From the NCBI GenBank assembly GCA_963816145.1, contig CAWFJP010000011.1, positions 128,001 through 192,000 on the forward strand: a DNA stretch of 64,000 nt, given 5' to 3'. How positions within the stretch are numbered: position 1 is the first letter of the stretch; each line of letters starts with the position of its first letter. This document shows, piece by piece, positions 18,171 to 28,163 of the stretch. This stretch comes from an uncultured delta proteobacterium. GTDB lineage: Bacteria > Desulfobacterota > Binatia > UBA9968. The notes beneath the pieces were generated by a model. The model did no database searches and was not told where the DNA came from. It saw only the letters and a list, made by a program, of their open reading frames with translations. The position numbers and the translations under genes were made by a program.

Positions 18171-20132
18171 ATGAAGTTACCGCCGGAGCAAGAAGCTATA
18201 CGAGCGAAGTGTTTTCATCCATCGGGAACGTTTGTTGAGTTCCCCTCAGAGGATGTCGAGACTTCAATCCCGGCGCGCTTTGAGAAAATGGTAAGAACGC
18301 ATCCGCACCGCATAGCAATCAAAGCGGGAGAGTATACGGTTCACTATGACCAGCTTAATGTGATGGCGAATCGCGTGGCGGGAACTGTCATTGGCGAGGC
18401 CTCCACAGCTGCTGGACCAGTATGCATGTTGATTGATAATGGACCGGACTTGATAGCCACAATGCTCGGCATCTTGAAAGCTGGCCGATTCTTTACCCTT
18501 GTCGATGCGTCTTTTCCGAAGGCAAGAATCGACTCTACCGTTAGAGACTCCCAATCAAGGTTGCTTCTGCATCAGAAGCGGCATTCGTTGCTGGCACAAG
18601 AGATTGCGGCGGGTTGTAAATTGGTGCAAGTAGAATCTCTCGAAACTTCCGCCTGCGGCGATAATGCTGTGATGCCAATTGCGCCGACTGATCCGAGTAC
18701 AGTGATATATACCTCGGGTTCAACCGGCCAACCCAAGGGCGTTGTTCATAGCCATCGAAGTCTGCTGCATAAAACTTTGCGGCGCACCAACGCATTTCAC
18801 GTGTCCCCGGAGGATAGAATAAGTCTACTTTCCTCAGGCACGTCCAATGTGGTTTCCATTGCATTTAGCGCAATCCTCAACGGCGCGGCCCTTATCACTT
18901 TCGATACACGAAAGGACGGTATTCTTAACTTAAAGGGATGGTTACAGGCAGAAAAGATTTCTATCGCTTTTATCAGTGCGCAGTTTTTTCGAATGCTATC
19001 CGATAGTTTGACAGAGAAAGATGGCCTCCCCGATCTTCGTCTGGTTCGCCTTTCAAGCGAGGCGGCTCGCTGCGGCGACTTTGAGCTTTTTCGAAGACAT
19101 TTCCCAAAACATTGCACTCTAGTTAATGGGTTGTCGTCCAGCGAAACTGGAGTCATAAGAAAATACTTCATGGACCATAACTCGCAGATGTTCACGGACA
19201 ATCTGCCTATCGGTTATCCCGAGGAGGGCATGGAAATATTTTTGCTGGATGATAACGGCCAGCAGGTCGGGGTCGACAATGACGGCGAGATCGTGGTTCG
19301 AAGCAAGTATTTGGCGTCCGGATATTGGAACAACCCAGCTTTGAGCGCAGCCAAGTTTAAGCAGGACCCGGAGGACTCAGAGAAGCTGATTTACTACACG
19401 GGAGATTTAGCGCTGATGCGTCCGGACGGTTGCCTGATCCATAAGGGACGAAAAGACTACCGCATAAAAATACGAGGTTACGGGGTCGACCTTTTGGAGG
19501 TCGAAAAAGCTCTGCTATCGCATCCGGACATTCACGAAGCCCTGATAACGACAATAGAAAAGGAGGACGGAACTGCTCGTTTGATCGCCTATTTTGTTTG
19601 CGGTCGCCAAGGCGATGTTACAGTGAGCGAGCTACGAAACCATTTGAAGAACAAGCTCGCTGAATACATGATTCCATCGCTGTTTATCAAACTCGACCAT
19701 CTCCCTCTGACTGCAAACGGAAAGATTGACCGTAAAGCTCTGCCCAAGCCGGATCATTCGCGCCCGGAACTATGCTCGCCGTACGCTAATCCACAGAATC
19801 AGATTGAAGAGTACCTGGTGCGGATTTGGGAGGAAGTCCTTGATGTCCGCCCCCTTGGCATCGACGATAACTTCTTCGACGTGGGTGGTCACTCTTTGGC
19901 AGCGACTATGGTTGTCTCCCGCGTTATCCAACAGTTCCAGATCGACATGCCACTGAAATCGCTGTTTCAATCTCCGACCATCGCCGACATGGCCGCCGTA
20001 GTCACCGCACATCTAGGGAAAACTTTAGACGAGAACCAGTTGGAAATTATCCTAGACGAATTAGCGTCGTTATCGGACGCGGAAGCTCAGCAGCTTGTGA
20101 GCGAAAGTAATTCGACGATCACCAAAAAATAG
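18171..20132 (+). CDS. Stand-alone NRPS-like adenylation-thiolation (A-T) didomain
   Basis: A3 'IYTSGSTGQPKG', A7 'YYTGDL', A8 'GRKDYRIKIRGY', A10 'NGKIDR', carrier motif 'FFDVGGHSL'. Confidence 0.92.
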   Translation: MKLPPEQEAIRAKCFHPSGTFVEFPSEDVETSIPARFEKMVRTHPHRIAIKAGEYTVHYDQLNVMANRVAGTVIGEASTAAGPVCMLIDNGPDLIATMLGILKAGRFFTLVDASFPKARIDSTVRDSQSRLLLHQKRHSLLAQEIAAGCKLVQVESLETSACGDNAVMPIAPTDPSTVIYTSGSTGQPKGVVHSHRSLLHKTLRRTNAFHVSPEDRISLLSSGTSNVVSIAFSAILNGAALITFDTRKDGILNLKGWLQAEKISIAFISAQFFRMLSDSLTEKDGLPDLRLVRLSSEAARCGDFELFRRHFPKHCTLVNGLSSSETGVIRKYFMDHNSQMFTDNLPIGYPEEGMEIFLLDDNGQQVGVDNDGEIVVRSKYLASGYWNNPALSAAKFKQDPEDSEKLIYYTGDLALMRPDGCLIHKGRKDYRIKIRGYGVDLLEVEKALLSHPDIHEALITTIEKEDGTARLIAYFVCGRQGDVTVSELRNHLKNKLAEYMIPSLFIKLDHLPLTANGKIDRKALPKPDHSRPELCSPYANPQNQIEEYLVRIWEEVLDVRPLGIDDNFFDVGGHSLAATMVVSRVIQQFQIDMPLKSLFQSPTIADMAAVVTAHLGKTLDENQLEIILDELASLSDAEAQQLVSESNSTITKK

Positions 20133-20454
20133 TTCCATCTTCTTATGCGGAGGACGGTCAATCCGTCTTCCTGGCCCACTAGCACTGGTCAATCCCGCAA
20201 AAACCAAAACGGTTTCGGTTGTCCTACTGTTCTCGTCCTAGCGTTGGACCGTCGGCGCATGGGGGGAGGGGTTGACCCCGGCTCACACCTAACACTTGCC
20301 CCCGCAAGGAGGTAAACAGAATTATCAATCAAGTGCACGCGGGAATCATACCTACCGGCCTGCATCTGAAGATCTGAAAGCCATGCGTGACCGAAATCCG
20401 AGGGTGTCGTCGGATACTTCCCTCATAAACCCATTCATGTAACGAAACGGTCGA

Positions 20455-21348
20455 TTAAAATACGGCCGTTTCGCCGCACAGCAAATCTAAGAACGGTTTA
20501 GCCGGCCCCAAGAGTTTCCTATCCTTGTGCGTTATAGCGCGGAACTCACGCTTCATCGGAGAACCGGCAATCCTAGCATAGGCCAACGTATTGGTTTGTT
20601 TCTCCAGTTGGATGCTGCATTGGGGAGTGATGGAACAACCAAGGCCTTCTGCGACCGCTTTTTTTAACGCTTCAGAGGTCTCAATCACCATCATACAATC
20701 GTAAGAGAGTCCGGCAGCACGAAAACTTTCATCGATGATCGATCTTGGTAAAGAGCCCTTATCTCTTAAAATGAGTGGGAATTTGGCGATTTGCTTTAAG
20801 GTTACTTTCGGTCGCCCGGCAAGCGGATGATCGGGGGGGGTGATCAGGACGAATTCATCAGTAAGATAGTGTACGACTTTAAAGGCTGAGGGGTTCGTCA
20901 TAGTTCCCGACACCATTCCTAAATCCAATTCGTTGGCGAGTATTTGCTTTTCAATCTCCGCAGTTTTCTCGACGACAATTTTAATTTCGACATTCGGGAA
21001 TGTTCTTTTAAATTGCACTAACACCTTTGGCAATAAATGAACCGCAATCGTGGTGGTAGCACCGCACCGTAATTGGCCTCTTTTGAAGCCCTTAAGTTCA
21101 TCTATCGCCAAAATCATTTCGTCGAGGACAATCATCACTCGATCGGTATATTCCGCCACGATTCTTCCGGCATCGGTCAACTCAATTCTCCGTCCCAAGC
21201 GTTTGAAAAGCTCAGTGCCTAATTGTTTTTCAAGTTCCTTGACGCGAATTGAGATCGCCGGTTGGCTCAAATGGATCGATTCCATCGCGCGCTCAAAACC
21301 ACCCTTCTTTACGACGGCCGAGAAAGCCTTTAATTGATCAAGTTGCAT
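20455..21348 (-). CDS. LysR family transcriptional regulator
   Basis: HTH 'LSQPAISIRVKELEKQLGTELFKR...LTDAG'; divergent from the amidohydrolase. Confidence 0.93.
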   Translation of the reverse strand: MQLDQLKAFSAVVKKGGFERAMESIHLSQPAISIRVKELEKQLGTELFKRLGRRIELTDAGRIVAEYTDRVMIVLDEMILAIDELKGFKRGQLRCGATTTIAVHLLPKVLVQFKRTFPNVEIKIVVEKTAEIEKQILANELDLGMVSGTMTNPSAFKVVHYLTDEFVLITPPDHPLAGRPKVTLKQIAKFPLILRDKGSLPRSIIDESFRAAGLSYDCMMVIETSEALKKAVAEGLGCSITPQCSIQLEKQTNTLAYARIAGSPMKREFRAITHKDRKLLGPAKPFLDLLCGETAVF

Positions 21349-21440
21349 AAGATTTTTAAATACTCCTAATAAAAAAGATAAATTTGACTTATATCTAAGT
21401 TCGGTTCAAAAAGTCAACGATAATTAGCATTTGGAGGACA

Positions 21441-22595
21441 ATGACCATGGCGAGAAACGGATTTAAGGTTTTCGATGCTGACACCCATGTCGGCCCGGCA
21501 GTAGAAATCCTGGATAAATACCTAACCGAAGCAGAGAGACGAAAGCTTGAACCTTGGGAGCCCTACAAATGGACCGACCCCCAAATTGGTAACGTCATGT
21601 ACATCCGAGGACGCCGCAAATATCTCCGGCGTCTCGGTTCAGCACAACCAGAGGAGGACAAGCCAAAGACCTCCAGATTTAGCGGCGCCCTTAAAAACGA
21701 ACGAGTCCCGCTTTCCGACAATGACCCGGCAGAGCGCATAAGGGATATGGATATTGAAGGGGTGGACGTCGCTCTAATGCTGCCCTCGTCGTGGTTTGGC
21801 ACATTCACTGTAGGCGATGATATCGATTTGGAAACGATAATGTATCGAGCCTATCACCGGTGGATGGCCGATTATTGTGGTGCCTATCCGCACCGATTGA
21901 AGGGCGTCCTGGCGGTGTGCGTTCGTGATTTAAAGGCAGGACTACTAGAGATTGAGCGATGTGCCAAGGAGAATTGGCCTCTGGCGGCGCTCGTGTATGC
22001 CCCGACTGGATATCCGCTCGATCACCCGGATCTCGAACCATTATGGGCTGCATGCCAGCACCACGACTTCGCTGTCGCGCTTCATCCGTTTACCACAACG
22101 CCACCTTACGCCGCCGGCGGTTTGGACGTGTATGACAATCATTGGATTTTGCGTTGCACATCACAAACATGGACGGCGATGCGCGACACTGCCGCCATTC
22201 TGGGCGCTGGTATAATGGACCGCTATCCGACGCTTCGTTTAGCGCCACTGGAAGCAGGCCACAGCTGGCTGCCCTTCTGGATGGCCAGGATGGACGAGTT
22301 TTCCCGCTCCCATGCCAAAGGATTGCCGCCGCTGAAAAAGAAACCCAGCGAGTACATACTCAGTGGTCGTTATTTCCAAAGCATCGAGATGTCCGAGGGC
22401 GAAAAGCTCACCAAATCCATGATTGACATCCTCGGCGAGGATATTCTGATGTATGCGTCAGACTTTCCTCATCTGGAAAGCTGGTTCCCGGAATCCGTCG
22501 ATACTGTTATGGCGTGGGATTTGCCGGAACGAGTCAAGCGAAAACTGTTTTGGGATAACGCGGTCAAATACTACGCCAGGTATAGTGACGATTAG
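21441..22595 (+). CDS. Amidohydrolase_2 family protein
   Basis: 'FDADTH', 'DMDIEGVD', 'LEAGHSWLP', 'YASDFPH'. Confidence 0.9.
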   Translation: MTMARNGFKVFDADTHVGPAVEILDKYLTEAERRKLEPWEPYKWTDPQIGNVMYIRGRRKYLRRLGSAQPEEDKPKTSRFSGALKNERVPLSDNDPAERIRDMDIEGVDVALMLPSSWFGTFTVGDDIDLETIMYRAYHRWMADYCGAYPHRLKGVLAVCVRDLKAGLLEIERCAKENWPLAALVYAPTGYPLDHPDLEPLWAACQHHDFAVALHPFTTTPPYAAGGLDVYDNHWILRCTSQTWTAMRDTAAILGAGIMDRYPTLRLAPLEAGHSWLPFWMARMDEFSRSHAKGLPPLKKKPSEYILSGRYFQSIEMSEGEKLTKSMIDILGEDILMYASDFPHLESWFPESVDTVMAWDLPERVKRKLFWDNAVKYYARYSDD

Positions 22596-22679
22596 GTAGT
22601 GTGCGTACTCATATTGTCTTTGCTGCTTAAGCCTTGATCAAGTTCACAAGGACTTAAGTAAAGTTAGGGGTAATTTCTA

Positions 22680-23699
22680 ATGAGCCGTATGCGTTTAACG
22701 TTCCCGGCAATTCTCATGTTTATCACTTGGGTAGTGAGTTCCACCACACTGGCCCAGACCCGAGAAGAGTTGATCCAAGGGGCCAAAAAAGAAGGCAAAG
22801 TCGTTTGGTACGGAATCATTAGCGCCGAAGACATAAAGCAACTCGCCGGTGCATTTCAGAAAAAATATCCCTTCATTCAGGTCGAAACCTATCGCGCCAG
22901 CACTGAAGCGGTCGCGAATAAGATTCTGACAGAAACACAGGCCGGCAGATTCCTTTATGACATCGTAAACAATGGGGCTTTTGAAATATGGCCGCTTTAC
23001 AAACGAGGCCTATTGGGCAAATACATTTCGCCCGAAAGGAAACCCTACCCACTTTCTGCTCAGGACCCAGAGGGCTACTGGAATGATCTTTATGACAGCC
23101 ATTACGTCATCGGCTATCAAACGAGATTAATTTCTACCAAGGAGGCGCCCAAGGATTGGGAAGATTTGCTTAACCCCAAGTGGAAGGGCAACATCGCGCT
23201 CGATGCAGAAGACCATGAGTGGTACATGGCTATGCTTGCATCGATGGGAGAAGAGAAAGGCAAGGCGTTTATGAAGCGTCTTGCCAAGCAGGATATCCAG
23301 TGGCGCAAGGGTCACACCCTCATCGCCCAACAGATGGCAGCAGGAGAGTTTCCGCTGGCCTTAATTTACGCTCACCGGGCAGAAAAGATGAAGGCTCAAG
23401 GCGCTCCCATTGATTGGGCGGAGACTTCCAATCCCATTGTGACCGGCATGCGAGTCGTATCTATTGGAGTCCGGCCGCCAAACCCCAATGCGGCGAAGCT
23501 CATGTTTGATTTCGTGATCTCCAAGGAGGGGCAATCTCTAATTCGGTCGTTTTATAGAATTCCCGGTCATCCCGAAGTGGAGCCTTTAACGCCGAAACTG
23601 GATCCAAAAAAATTGAAACTCTTTCGGGCTGCGCCGAATCTGGCCGAAAATTCTGACCGACAGATACGCGAGTTTCGCGAGATATTCGACTTAAAGTAG
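22680..23699 (+). CDS. ABC transporter solute-binding protein
   Basis: Signal peptide; 'GAKKEGKVVWY', 'PKDWEDLLNPKWKG', 'PNPNAAKLMFDF'. Confidence 0.9.
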   Translation: MSRMRLTFPAILMFITWVVSSTTLAQTREELIQGAKKEGKVVWYGIISAEDIKQLAGAFQKKYPFIQVETYRASTEAVANKILTETQAGRFLYDIVNNGAFEIWPLYKRGLLGKYISPERKPYPLSAQDPEGYWNDLYDSHYVIGYQTRLISTKEAPKDWEDLLNPKWKGNIALDAEDHEWYMAMLASMGEEKGKAFMKRLAKQDIQWRKGHTLIAQQMAAGEFPLALIYAHRAEKMKAQGAPIDWAETSNPIVTGMRVVSIGVRPPNPNAAKLMFDFVISKEGQSLIRSFYRIPGHPEVEPLTPKLDPKKLKLFRAAPNLAENSDRQIREFREIFDLK

Positions 23700-24079
23700 A
23701 CGTGGTCGCTGTCAAGCGAAAGTTCATCCACGTGCAACCTGGAAAATCGTGTGTCAATCACCAAACACCGCATCGACGTTTTGGCGAATACTCTGGCATC
23801 CTTAATATCCGTAATTTAGATCTGCTTAAGCGACCACTGAACTATTGATCCAGCGGCCCTAGTTTAATAGATGTGAGCAACGCCATAGTCTAGAACCGAC
23901 CTTTTCAATCTAATCTCAGCAGTTAATCACGTAGTGTTCCTACAATGAAGTCCGTCGAAACTTCGACAACACTCATGAATTTTTTGCTTCTAGCAAAGTA
24001 ATGGCCAAACAGACGGCAAAACGCTTCTCAGCGCGCAGAGCGGAAAATGCAACTGATTGGATTTGAAGAGGTAAAAATG

Positions 24080-24152
24080 TGGCCAGGGACGGAATCGAAC
24101 CGCCGACACGGAGATTTTCAGTCTCCTGCTCTACCGACTGAGCTACCTGGCC
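24080..24152 (-). tRNA. tRNA-Phe(GAA)
   Basis: GGCCAGGTAGCTCAGTCGGTAGAGCAGGAGACTGAAAATCTCCGTGTCGGCGGTTCGATTCCGTCCCTGGCCA; followed by CA-T rather than a full CCA. Confidence 0.96.
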
Positions 24153-24205
24153 AGATGAAGTGAAACTGGAATATTGCTTAAATGTTTCGGCGAGTCAAGT
24201 TTAGC

Positions 24206-25168
24206 CTAGATCTTGGCGAGCTTTTCGACCTGGCTTTCGACGAAATCGATCACTTGGGTTTCGAGCCGTACGCCGTCTAGGGCATTGATCTCCTGAATCC
24301 CCGTCGGGCTGGTCACGTTGACCTCGGTGAGAAAGCTGCCGATCACGTCCAATCCAACAAAGTAAAGTCCATCCGCTCGCAAAAGCGGCGCTAAGTCGGC
24401 GCAAATTTCTCGGTCCCGCTCTGTCACTTCAGTCCTCACGCACTGGCCGCCGACATGAATGTTGCCGCGGGTTTCAAACTCCAGCGGCACGCGCAGGACC
24501 GCGCCGAGCGGCTCGCCGTTGAGAACGATAATCCGTTTGTCGCCTTGGCGGATCTCGGGCAAGTAGCGTTGTCCCATCACCAACCGCCGGCCGTTGTCAG
24601 TGGCGGCTTCGAGGATCGAGTTGGTATTGCGGTCCTGACCGTTTAGGTAGAACACGCCGCTGCCGCCGCAACCGTCGAGCGGTTTAACGATCATCTCGCC
24701 GCCCAATTCATCCATGAACGAGCGCAAGCGCTCCATGTTGCTGCTGACCAGCGTTTGCGGAATTTGTTCGGGGAAGCGCATGGCATAGAGCTTTTCGTTG
24801 GCTTCGCGCAGCCCCTTGGGATTGTTCATCACGAAGCATTTGCTCGGTTCGATCAGACTGAGCAGATGAGTCGCGAAGAAAAACTTCATATCGAAGGGCG
24901 GATCTTTGCGCATCCACACCGAGTCGAAGTCGTCAAGATCTCCGGTGGCAAATTCGCCGAGTTGGGAGTGAGGCGTGGTGCGCGCCAATTCCACACGGCG
25001 ATAACAGCCATGGGCGGCGCCGCTGCGGACGAACAAGTCGTCGATTTCCATGAAATACAGTTCATGGCCGCGTCGCTGCGCTTCGAGCATCAGGACGAAT
25101 GTGGTGTCCTTGTCGATGTTGATTTTGTCGACGGGGTCCATCACGACCCCGATTCTAAGTTTGCTCAT
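24206..25168 (-). CDS. gshB: Glutathione synthetase
   Basis: 'VMDP..KINIDKDTT', 'MRKDPPFD', 'NEKL', 'GDKRI', 'RGNIHVGG', 'EVNVTSPTG'. Confidence 0.95.
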   Translation of the reverse strand: MSKLRIGVVMDPVDKINIDKDTTFVLMLEAQRRGHELYFMEIDDLFVRSGAAHGCYRRVELARTTPHSQLGEFATGDLDDFDSVWMRKDPPFDMKFFFATHLLSLIEPSKCFVMNNPKGLREANEKLYAMRFPEQIPQTLVSSNMERLRSFMDELGGEMIVKPLDGCGGSGVFYLNGQDRNTNSILEAATDNGRRLVMGQRYLPEIRQGDKRIIVLNGEPLGAVLRVPLEFETRGNIHVGGQCVRTEVTERDREICADLAPLLRADGLYFVGLDVIGSFLTEVNVTSPTGIQEINALDGVRLETQVIDFVESQVEKLAKI

Positions 25169-25189
25169 AACGAACTCATCCCGCGTTAC

Positions 25190-25897
25190 TTACTCGTGGA
25201 TCACCCAGGTGCGCGCAACAAAGTCATGCCATCCACGTTTTTCCGCCTGCCAGAGCACCCAGAGAAAACCGAGCCCGACGGGCGCAAAGCCGACCGCAGC
25301 GAACCATCGAAGCGCCGCTTGGCGAAAGCTTGGCGGCTGACGGTCAACGCCGACGACGCGCAGGCCGAATAACCTCTTGCCGATGGTCTGGCCGTCCAGT
25401 CCATGCAGGACGATGAAGTAGGCGCTGGTCAATCCGAGCCAACCGATTGTGAGGATGGCGAATAGCGCCGCGACATTATCGCCGGAGATTACCAGCCCAT
25501 GGGCGCCCAGGCCGACTTTATAACCCACGTAGGCCATAGCACCCATAATTGTCGATAGCAAAGCGATGACGAACAGGTCGATGGCCAATGCGTTGGCGCG
25601 CCGGAAGAAGCCACCCCAACGAACTTCCACTACGGGAGCAACCGGCGCCATCGGTCGGTGGCTCAGCTGGGCCATTTCCTCCCTGGGTGGAAACTGCCAG
25701 TCGTCGGCCTCCGCGTTCGCGTCGGTGTCGGTGTCAGGCCCGTTCTCCTCCGCGGTTAAACTGAAGTTCTCCGGCTTCGGCACGCCGAGGAGTACCCGGC
25801 GGTGCAGCAACTTGGCGCCGCACTTGGCGCATAGTTCGTCGGCCGCGGCAACCGGGGTTTCACAGTTCTGGCATTTCAAGTTTGCTTCAGCGAACAT
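25190..25897 (-). CDS. RDD family membrane protein with N-terminal zinc ribbon
   Basis: CQNC...CAKC; 'GFFRRANALAID', 'GQTIGKRLFGLRV', 'WHDFVART'. Confidence 0.88.
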   Translation of the reverse strand: MFAEANLKCQNCETPVAAADELCAKCGAKLLHRRVLLGVPKPENFSLTAEENGPDTDTDANAEADDWQFPPREEMAQLSHRPMAPVAPVVEVRWGGFFRRANALAIDLFVIALLSTIMGAMAYVGYKVGLGAHGLVISGDNVAALFAILTIGWLGLTSAYFIVLHGLDGQTIGKRLFGLRVVGVDRQPPSFRQAALRWFAAVGFAPVGLGFLWVLWQAEKRGWHDFVARTWVIHE

Positions 25898-25946
25898 TAG
25901 TACTACAGCTCATAGTTTGCGCGGCGAGGGGAATTTGTCGGAACGC

Positions 25947-26035
25947 TCACCGCGGAGGCGCCGAGGACGCAGAGAGCAGACAATTCCTGCATAAAATTTC
26001 TTCCAAACTCTGCGAACTCCGTGTCTCTGCGGTGA
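25947..26035. repeat. CGCAGAG-type palindrome (same architecture as the CACGAAG family)
   Basis: TCACCGCGGAGGCGCCGAGGACGCAGAG...CTCTGCGAACTCCGTGTCTCTGCGGTGA. Confidence 0.75.
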
Positions 26036-26118
26036 AATTTCTTTGTATTCATTGGCTGCGACTTTGCTGCGCTGGCTAACCACATGCTAAAAGGTGCGCT
26101 GCTCCAAGGCAAGCGGCG

Positions 26119-26859
26119 TCACCTCAAATCGCCCCATAGAAACTGCACTAACGACAAAGCGGCGATCGCCGCGGTCTCAGCGCGCAAAATGCGCCGGCCC
26201 AAATGCACGCTGTGAAAATCCCGCGCTAGCGCCAACTGCGCTTCAGCGCTGCTCAAGCCGCCCTCGGGACCGATGACGATGAGAATCGCCGGCGCATCGG
26301 CGTTGGCGTCGTACACCTGGCGCAGCGATTGCGCCGTCTCCTTCTCCCAGAACAATAACTTGAGCCGGCGTGAATCTGCGCCTTGCACCATCTGACCAAA
26401 CTCGCACAGCGGCAAGATCTCCGGTACCTGGGTTCGGCCGCATTGCTTGGCGGCGCTGAGCGCGATCTTGCGCCATCGTTCGCTGCGATCAGCGATTTTC
26501 TTGTCGTTGAGCTTCGGCACGGTAAAGCTCGAAGTAAACGGCAGGATCGTCGCCACGCCCAGCTCGGTCGCTTTCTCGACGACAAAGTCCATCTTCTCTC
26601 CCTTGGTAAGCCCCAGCGCCAAAGTCAGCGCCAGTGGCGATTCTCGACCGGCTTCATAAGAACGGCGAATATCAAGTTCGCCCCGCTCGCTGTGCAAATT
26701 GCTAATCACCGCCTCATGTTCCCAACCGGCGTCATCGAACAGGGTCACCGTATCGCCCGCGGTCAAGCGCAGCACGCGACGCAGGTGCTCCAGCTCCTGA
26801 CCGTCGAGGATCGCCTTGGTCCCTTGAATATTCTCTCTGCGGACGAAGAAACGAGCCAT
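26119..26859 (-). CDS. rsmE: 16S rRNA m3U1498 methyltransferase
   Basis: 'HLRRVLRL', 'EKATELGV', 'IGPEGG', 'LGRRILRAETA'. Confidence 0.95.
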   Translation of the reverse strand: MARFFVRRENIQGTKAILDGQELEHLRRVLRLTAGDTVTLFDDAGWEHEAVISNLHSERGELDIRRSYEAGRESPLALTLALGLTKGEKMDFVVEKATELGVATILPFTSSFTVPKLNDKKIADRSERWRKIALSAAKQCGRTQVPEILPLCEFGQMVQGADSRRLKLLFWEKETAQSLRQVYDANADAPAILIVIGPEGGLSSAEAQLALARDFHSVHLGRRILRAETAAIAALSLVQFLWGDLR

Positions 26860-26865
26860 AAGTTT

Positions 26866-27732
26866 CTAGCGCCGGCGGAGCAACAAGGTCACCCACTCGC
26901 GTGACCGCTTGCATTTGACGACGCAAAAGCGCTGCGCGAAACAGCGCAGTACCGCAGCCGCCTTGTCGTGCAGGATACCGGATAAAATTAAATAACCGCC
27001 GGCCGCGACTCTTGGCTCGATGGCGCGGCCGAGCTCAAGAATCGTCTCCGCCGTAAGATTACCGACCACTAAGGGGAATTTACGCTTGACGCGGTTGAGC
27101 GCAGTGGTGGACAGTCGGACTTTGTCCGCGGCGCCGTTGATCAGTAAATTCTCCTGCGCTACGGCGATCGCCACCGGATCGTTGTCGATCGCCCAGACCT
27201 TCTTTGCGCCCAATTTGGCCAAAGCGATTGCCAAGATTCCCGACCCGGTACCGACATCGAGGGCGGTAAATTTCGCCCCTTGCAACAACGGCGCAACTTG
27301 TTCGATAAACTCCAAACAGCCGCGTGTCGTCGCATGGGTCCCGGTACCGAAAGCCATGCCGGGTTCGATGGTGATCACCTGGCGTGAGCGAAACTTTGGC
27401 GGCGTTAACCAGGGCGGCGTCACCCAGAACTGTTTGCCGACCCGACTGGGTTTGATAAAGCGCTTCCAAGCGTGCTGCCAGTTTTCCGGCCGGGCGATCT
27501 GCCAAGATAAACGTGGTTTGCTGCTTCGGCCTTGGAGTTTGACGACATCGAGGACGAAGCAATGAACCGCGCGCTTGAGCGCATCGTTATCGCGATGATT
27601 GGGGAAGTAAGCCTCGACCGCCCGGCGCTTCAAGACGACGCCCGGTGAGCCGCGCTCGATCAAAAAGTTGGCCACCGCGTCGAGACAGGCGGCGCTGGTA
27701 TGAACCGTCAGATGCAACCAAGATTCAATCAC
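26866..27732 (-). CDS. prmA: Ribosomal protein L11 methyltransferase
   Basis: 'IEPGMAFGTGTHATT', 'LDVGTGSGILAI', 'LILSGIL'. Confidence 0.95.
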   Translation of the reverse strand: MIESWLHLTVHTSAACLDAVANFLIERGSPGVVLKRRAVEAYFPNHRDNDALKRAVHCFVLDVVKLQGRSSKPRLSWQIARPENWQHAWKRFIKPSRVGKQFWVTPPWLTPPKFRSRQVITIEPGMAFGTGTHATTRGCLEFIEQVAPLLQGAKFTALDVGTGSGILAIALAKLGAKKVWAIDNDPVAIAVAQENLLINGAADKVRLSTTALNRVKRKFPLVVGNLTAETILELGRAIEPRVAAGGYLILSGILHDKAAAVLRCFAQRFCVVKCKRSREWVTLLLRRR

Positions 27733-27786
27733 GGTTTTTTATGCCACAGCGATGTCAGTGGATCAATTGATCGGTCGGTAACTCGG

Positions 27787-27970
27787 TAATGTCGCGGCCC
27801 AGTGGTTGATTGAACAAAAGCCGTATCGGTTCGGACGATCCTCCTTTAGAAAAGGGGGGCAAGGGGGGATTTTCTTGCGCGCACTCACTTCAAATCCCCC
27901 CTCGGTCCCTTTTTTTCTAAGGGGGAGGCTCTGAGTTTTTTAGTAAACGTATGTCTAGTCCAGGACACTA
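27787..27970. repeat. MITE-like shell (TA-GTGTCC-type ends) carrying a CCCCCT-type palindrome
   Basis: Ends TAATGTCGCGGCCCAG / CTAGTCCAGGACACTA (11/16 IR); internal CTCCTTTAGAAAAGGGGGGCAAGGGGGGATT...AATCCCCCCTCGGTCCC...TAAGGGGGAG. Confidence 0.55.
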
Positions 27971-28163
27971 GATGTCATTTCGAGCCGAGCGAGAAATCTC
28001 GTCCAAACCAATTCTTTCTTGTGCTTCGATCTTTGCGGCCTTGGCGCCTTTGCGGCAGATACTCCGAGTTCCGGGTGCAACGCTGCCGCGCATTTAGCAT
28101 CGCCATCTTGTCAAAATCGCCGCTTCCAGATATTGAAATGAGTCACACCGAAAGGAATTGCCG

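Noticed and set aside
24077-24080. tRNA-Phe ending ACA instead of ACCA as a special feature
   Set aside because: Explained by a non-encoded CCA or a one-base homopolymer error.
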